A stretch of 60,764 nt of DNA, filler included, from Globobulimina sp. (Eukaryota), in assembly GCA_003354225.1 (NCBI GenBank). It is 14 parts of 14 records of this genome, joined end to end, with 100 filler letters (N's around TTAATTAATTAA, not from the genome) between each part and the next. Parts side by side here need not be neighbours in the genome. Positions count along the whole stretch, not along the records: positions 56,524 to 60,764 come from PIVH01001427.1; 13 more parts are not named here. One strand, 5' to 3'. This document shows positions 57,933 through 60,764 of the stretch, piece after piece. Position 1 is the first letter of the stretch. Every line of letters begins with the position of its first letter. The notes beneath the pieces were generated by a model that saw nothing but the letters and a program-made list of their open reading frames with translations, had not been told where the DNA came from and ran no database searches. A program made the translations under genes and the position numbers.

Positions 57933-59618
57933 ATGTCAATTATGTCATCTATAACAGGCTACGAATTTAAAATATTTGTCTTAATCGTGTCATCAGGAAT
58001 GTTGTGCACCTTCTCCCTTCCTCAACTGATGATCGGTGTCTACAAAATATGTAAAATCGTAGATCTGCCAAAAGCAATATTCTGGTCATCATTATTATCA
58101 CTGTTTGCAGCATATTTAGTAATGTTTACGATATTCGTGCTAGCAATATTCGCAAACTATATACACCCAAACAATGATAACCACCATCACAACCAACATC
58201 TAACCGGCAACACATTCAACAACAACCAAATGCCATTATTGATGAGCATTGGAATCAGTGTCATTGAATTCTTATTTATAATATCAAAATTTGGCGTCAA
58301 TTTCTTATTTTTATGTCGTTTATATTACTGCTTTAAAGGTACATTGTTCCAGTACACAATCTGCAAATTATTACCGTTATTCATTTTAATTCTGATTGAA
58401 TTCATAATTTACTTATTATTCTCAGACATAATCATCATTCATTTTGTCCACAATTACAAATCCAACACACTAAATAAAATATTTTTGATTTGCTACTATT
58501 GCATTGATATGATAGTCCGCATAATCTTCATTTTATTATTCGAACGCGGTTTGTACCGATTAGCAACATCTCGTTCTTTCAAATCGAACTTGCGACTGTT
58601 TGGATTTGGGGGAGCCAGCATCGATCAAATTGAACTTTCCTGCAAACAGACAACACAAAGTCAGACAAATAACACGTTAAAGAACCAGGTCAATAAAAGT
58701 AAGAACGTTTCTGAGAATACTGATTATTTGCATCCCTTAGAATATCAAAACACTGATCGCGCGGATAAGTTTTCTTTGGCCACAGCAGGCATTCCGGAAG
58801 GAAACGAATGTGAAGAAAATGAGGACATAAATGAGCTTGATTTTGAGCAGACAGCTCTTCATTTTATAATCGATGAAGAAGAGGAACAACATACAAATAG
58901 CATGGACACACCAAGTAATTTATCACTTGTTTCGTTCCAATCAGTAAACAGTAATACAAATGCAAACACTGAGGAGGAGAATGCATATACATTGGAGGTA
59001 CCTGGCTGTATTCACGAAGATGAAATGGATGTAGTTATTCAAGAAACAGATCAAAACAATGAGACGAATGCCTGTAAAAAACCGCATAGACGCTCCTCTT
59101 CGCAGATAAATGATTTATTGTCGATGTCGCAACTGGGCCACGACAAGAAAAGATCCTCGTTTGCATTGAAATATTTTAATTCGTCGTCGTTTGATGCTCA
59201 TACAAAGGATTTAGTAAAGTTAGTGACCAAGTTTTGTGTGTTGGTTGTATGGAGCACTGTTACTTCAATCTTTGCTGCGATGTTTTTTATTTCATTTGTG
59301 TTTGGATTTAATGATAACGAGGTCTTACAAAATATAAGTTCGTCTTATATTGCATTGGTTATATGTTTTGTGGAGATGCATATTGTATATTTGCAGTTGA
59401 ATGGAACTGAAAAATGGTATAAATGTTTGTGTTCACTGTGTCATAATGCGTGGGGGAAATGTTGTGTTTGTACGTTGCGACGTCGATTAGTTAGGAAAAT
59501 TGGTAAACAGCATAAAGCATTGGCACTTAAACAAAGGAATATTGGCAATGGTAACAGTAATAATAATGGTATGGAATTAACATGTCATGCCCTGAAAAGA
59601 GGAAATTTTAAAGACTGA
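57933..59618 (+). CDS. Orphan 7TM protein with very long TM5-TM6 loop and Cys-rich tail
   Basis: Five TM segments, an acidic loop of about 220 aa, two TM segments, then WYKCLCSLCHNAWGKCC. Confidence 0.65.
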   Translation: MSIMSSITGYEFKIFVLIVSSGMLCTFSLPQLMIGVYKICKIVDLPKAIFWSSLLSLFAAYLVMFTIFVLAIFANYIHPNNDNHHHNQHLTGNTFNNNQMPLLMSIGISVIEFLFIISKFGVNFLFLCRLYYCFKGTLFQYTICKLLPLFILILIEFIIYLLFSDIIIIHFVHNYKSNTLNKIFLICYYCIDMIVRIIFILLFERGLYRLATSRSFKSNLRLFGFGGASIDQIELSCKQTTQSQTNNTLKNQVNKSKNVSENTDYLHPLEYQNTDRADKFSLATAGIPEGNECEENEDINELDFEQTALHFIIDEEEEQHTNSMDTPSNLSLVSFQSVNSNTNANTEEENAYTLEVPGCIHEDEMDVVIQETDQNNETNACKKPHRRSSSQINDLLSMSQLGHDKKRSSFALKYFNSSSFDAHTKDLVKLVTKFCVLVVWSTVTSIFAAMFFISFVFGFNDNEVLQNISSSYIALVICFVEMHIVYLQLNGTEKWYKCLCSLCHNAWGKCCVCTLRRRLVRKIGKQHKALALKQRNIGNGNSNNNGMELTCHALKRGNFKD

Positions 59619-59823
59619 TAATTTTATTTATTTATACATAGTGAAATATTATACGTGTACAGTTTTTGTTTTGTGTATTATACGTAAACAAGTGCATGTG
59701 TATAATATTTTGTTTTTCGCGGTGATTCCAGTCTTGTTTTTGTTGAATGCGCTTTGTTTTTTGTTGAGAACAGTTTATTTTGTTGAGTCTAACTGAACTG
59801 TTTTAACTGTGATACTTTAATAT

Positions 59824-60764
59824 TTACTCAGAAAAAGTTGTTGTTTGATTGACAAAAATATATTTGTGTATCAAATATCCAACATTAGATTCCCAAAAGC
59901 TATCGGATTCAGTCCAGTTCCATTTTATCTCTTTCTCCAACTTAAACATTGGTTGCTTTTCCGCATCAATTTCCTTGACAACTTTTCTATTGATTGGAAT
60001 GCCAGGAATGCCACTGAATGCATGCTTGACTTTATGAGGACCATCGGCGGACCATTTAGAAACATTGTCATATTGCTTCCGAAACTCACTGTTTTGCTCA
60101 TACAACGTATCAAATATTCCATGCAACCACCAATATTTATCAATATATTTATGTTTCGTCCAGTAAATATGCATATGTTCATGCCATGTATTCATAATAT
60201 ACGATTTATTCACATACAAAGAGGTCAGAAACCATGAGGAGAGCTGTGTGTTTTTCCGCGGATGATCGAAAGCAAAGAATCCATTTCCATTCATATTGGT
60301 AAACAACCACTCATTCAATGACTTAGTACAAAGCACTGTCGAATCCACCCAAACTCCACCATATTTCTTAAGCAACTCAATGCGAACTATATCACTAAGT
60401 CCAGCAAACGGATATTTATCATACACAAAGCGTCTCCAATAAGTGTAGTTATCCACATAAAATGGCAAATTATCATCACTCAAAGGTATGATTGTCCAAT
60501 CTGCATTGAAATACTTCCATGATTTCAACGCAATTTGTGGTATCTTTGGCGCATTCTGCCATCCCTGAAACCATAATATCCAAATTATTCTGATGATATG
60601 TTCAGGTTTGTTTGGTATATTGTAGTTATTGTACCCATTGTTTTGCTGATCGATGAGTTTCTTTTGTGTCAGTAGTAAATGTTGCAACTCTTCAATTTGT
60701 TGTTTGTTTTTAGATAATTCTGCATTCGCTTCATTGTATTGTGTGAGTAAGAGTTGCATCACTT
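59824..60764 (-). CDS. GT32/capsular-polysaccharide-synthesis-type glycosyltransferase, 5' truncated
   Basis: IIWILWFQGWQNAP, SW...N.DW, SDIVRIELLKKYGGVWVDST, SSWF. Confidence 0.85.
   Translation of the reverse strand, partial: VMQLLLTQYNEANAELSKNKQQIEELQHLLLTQKKLIDQQNNGYNNYNIPNKPEHIIRIIWILWFQGWQNAPKIPQIALKSWKYFNADWTIIPLSDDNLPFYVDNYTYWRRFVYDKYPFAGLSDIVRIELLKKYGGVWVDSTVLCTKSLNEWLFTNMNGNGFFAFDHPRKNTQLSSWFLTSLYVNKSYIMNTWHEHMHIYWTKHKYIDKYWWLHGIFDTLYEQNSEFRKQYDNVSKWSADGPHKVKHAFSGIPGIPINRKVVKEIDAEKQPMFKLEKEIKWNWTESDSFWESNVGYLIHKYIFVNQTTTFSE

Noticed and set aside
1-60764. Functional gene cluster spanning the window
   Set aside because: Contigs are ordered by length, so adjacency across spacers is meaningless.

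Overview
This window is not one locus. It holds 14 unrelated contigs of about 4.25 kb, sorted by decreasing size and joined by 13 artificial 100-nt spacers (N44-TTAATTAATTAA-N44), so nothing should be inferred across spacers. Most contigs are AT-rich, gene-dense eukaryotic nuclear DNA with short GT-AG introns (30-138 nt, checked by hand for frame restoration) and the standard genetic code. The gene repertoire suggests a protist, probably a foraminifer (inference): SPRY, TLDc, PUB-UBA-Tudor-knot, PLS-PPR, ART-like, Cys-less pLGIC, orphan 7TM and NRT2. Recognisable genes are an NRT2 nitrate transporter, GCDH, SMNDC1/SPF30, an ELO elongase, a Nudix CoA pyrophosphatase, a cAMP-receptor-like GPCR, a GH36-like glycosidase, a partial arylsulfatase, a C2H2 zinc-finger protein and a GT32 glycosyltransferase. 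Mobile DNA includes a Ty3/gypsy pol with a ~545-aa tail, an APE-LINE whose 5' end abuts (CTAA)8, a TA-flanked MITE and a GAGTCCA-repeat insertion. The most notable observations are a gustatory-receptor-like 7TM ion channel gene that only appears after removing a 30-nt intron, the unusual LINE, a decaying bacterial glycosyltransferase fragment fused to host DNA, a plant-editing-factor-like PLS-E PPR gene, two tRNA-like elements with aberrant anticodon arms, and a possible viral VLTF3-like remnant. All family assignments are from motif recognition by eye; no searches were run.
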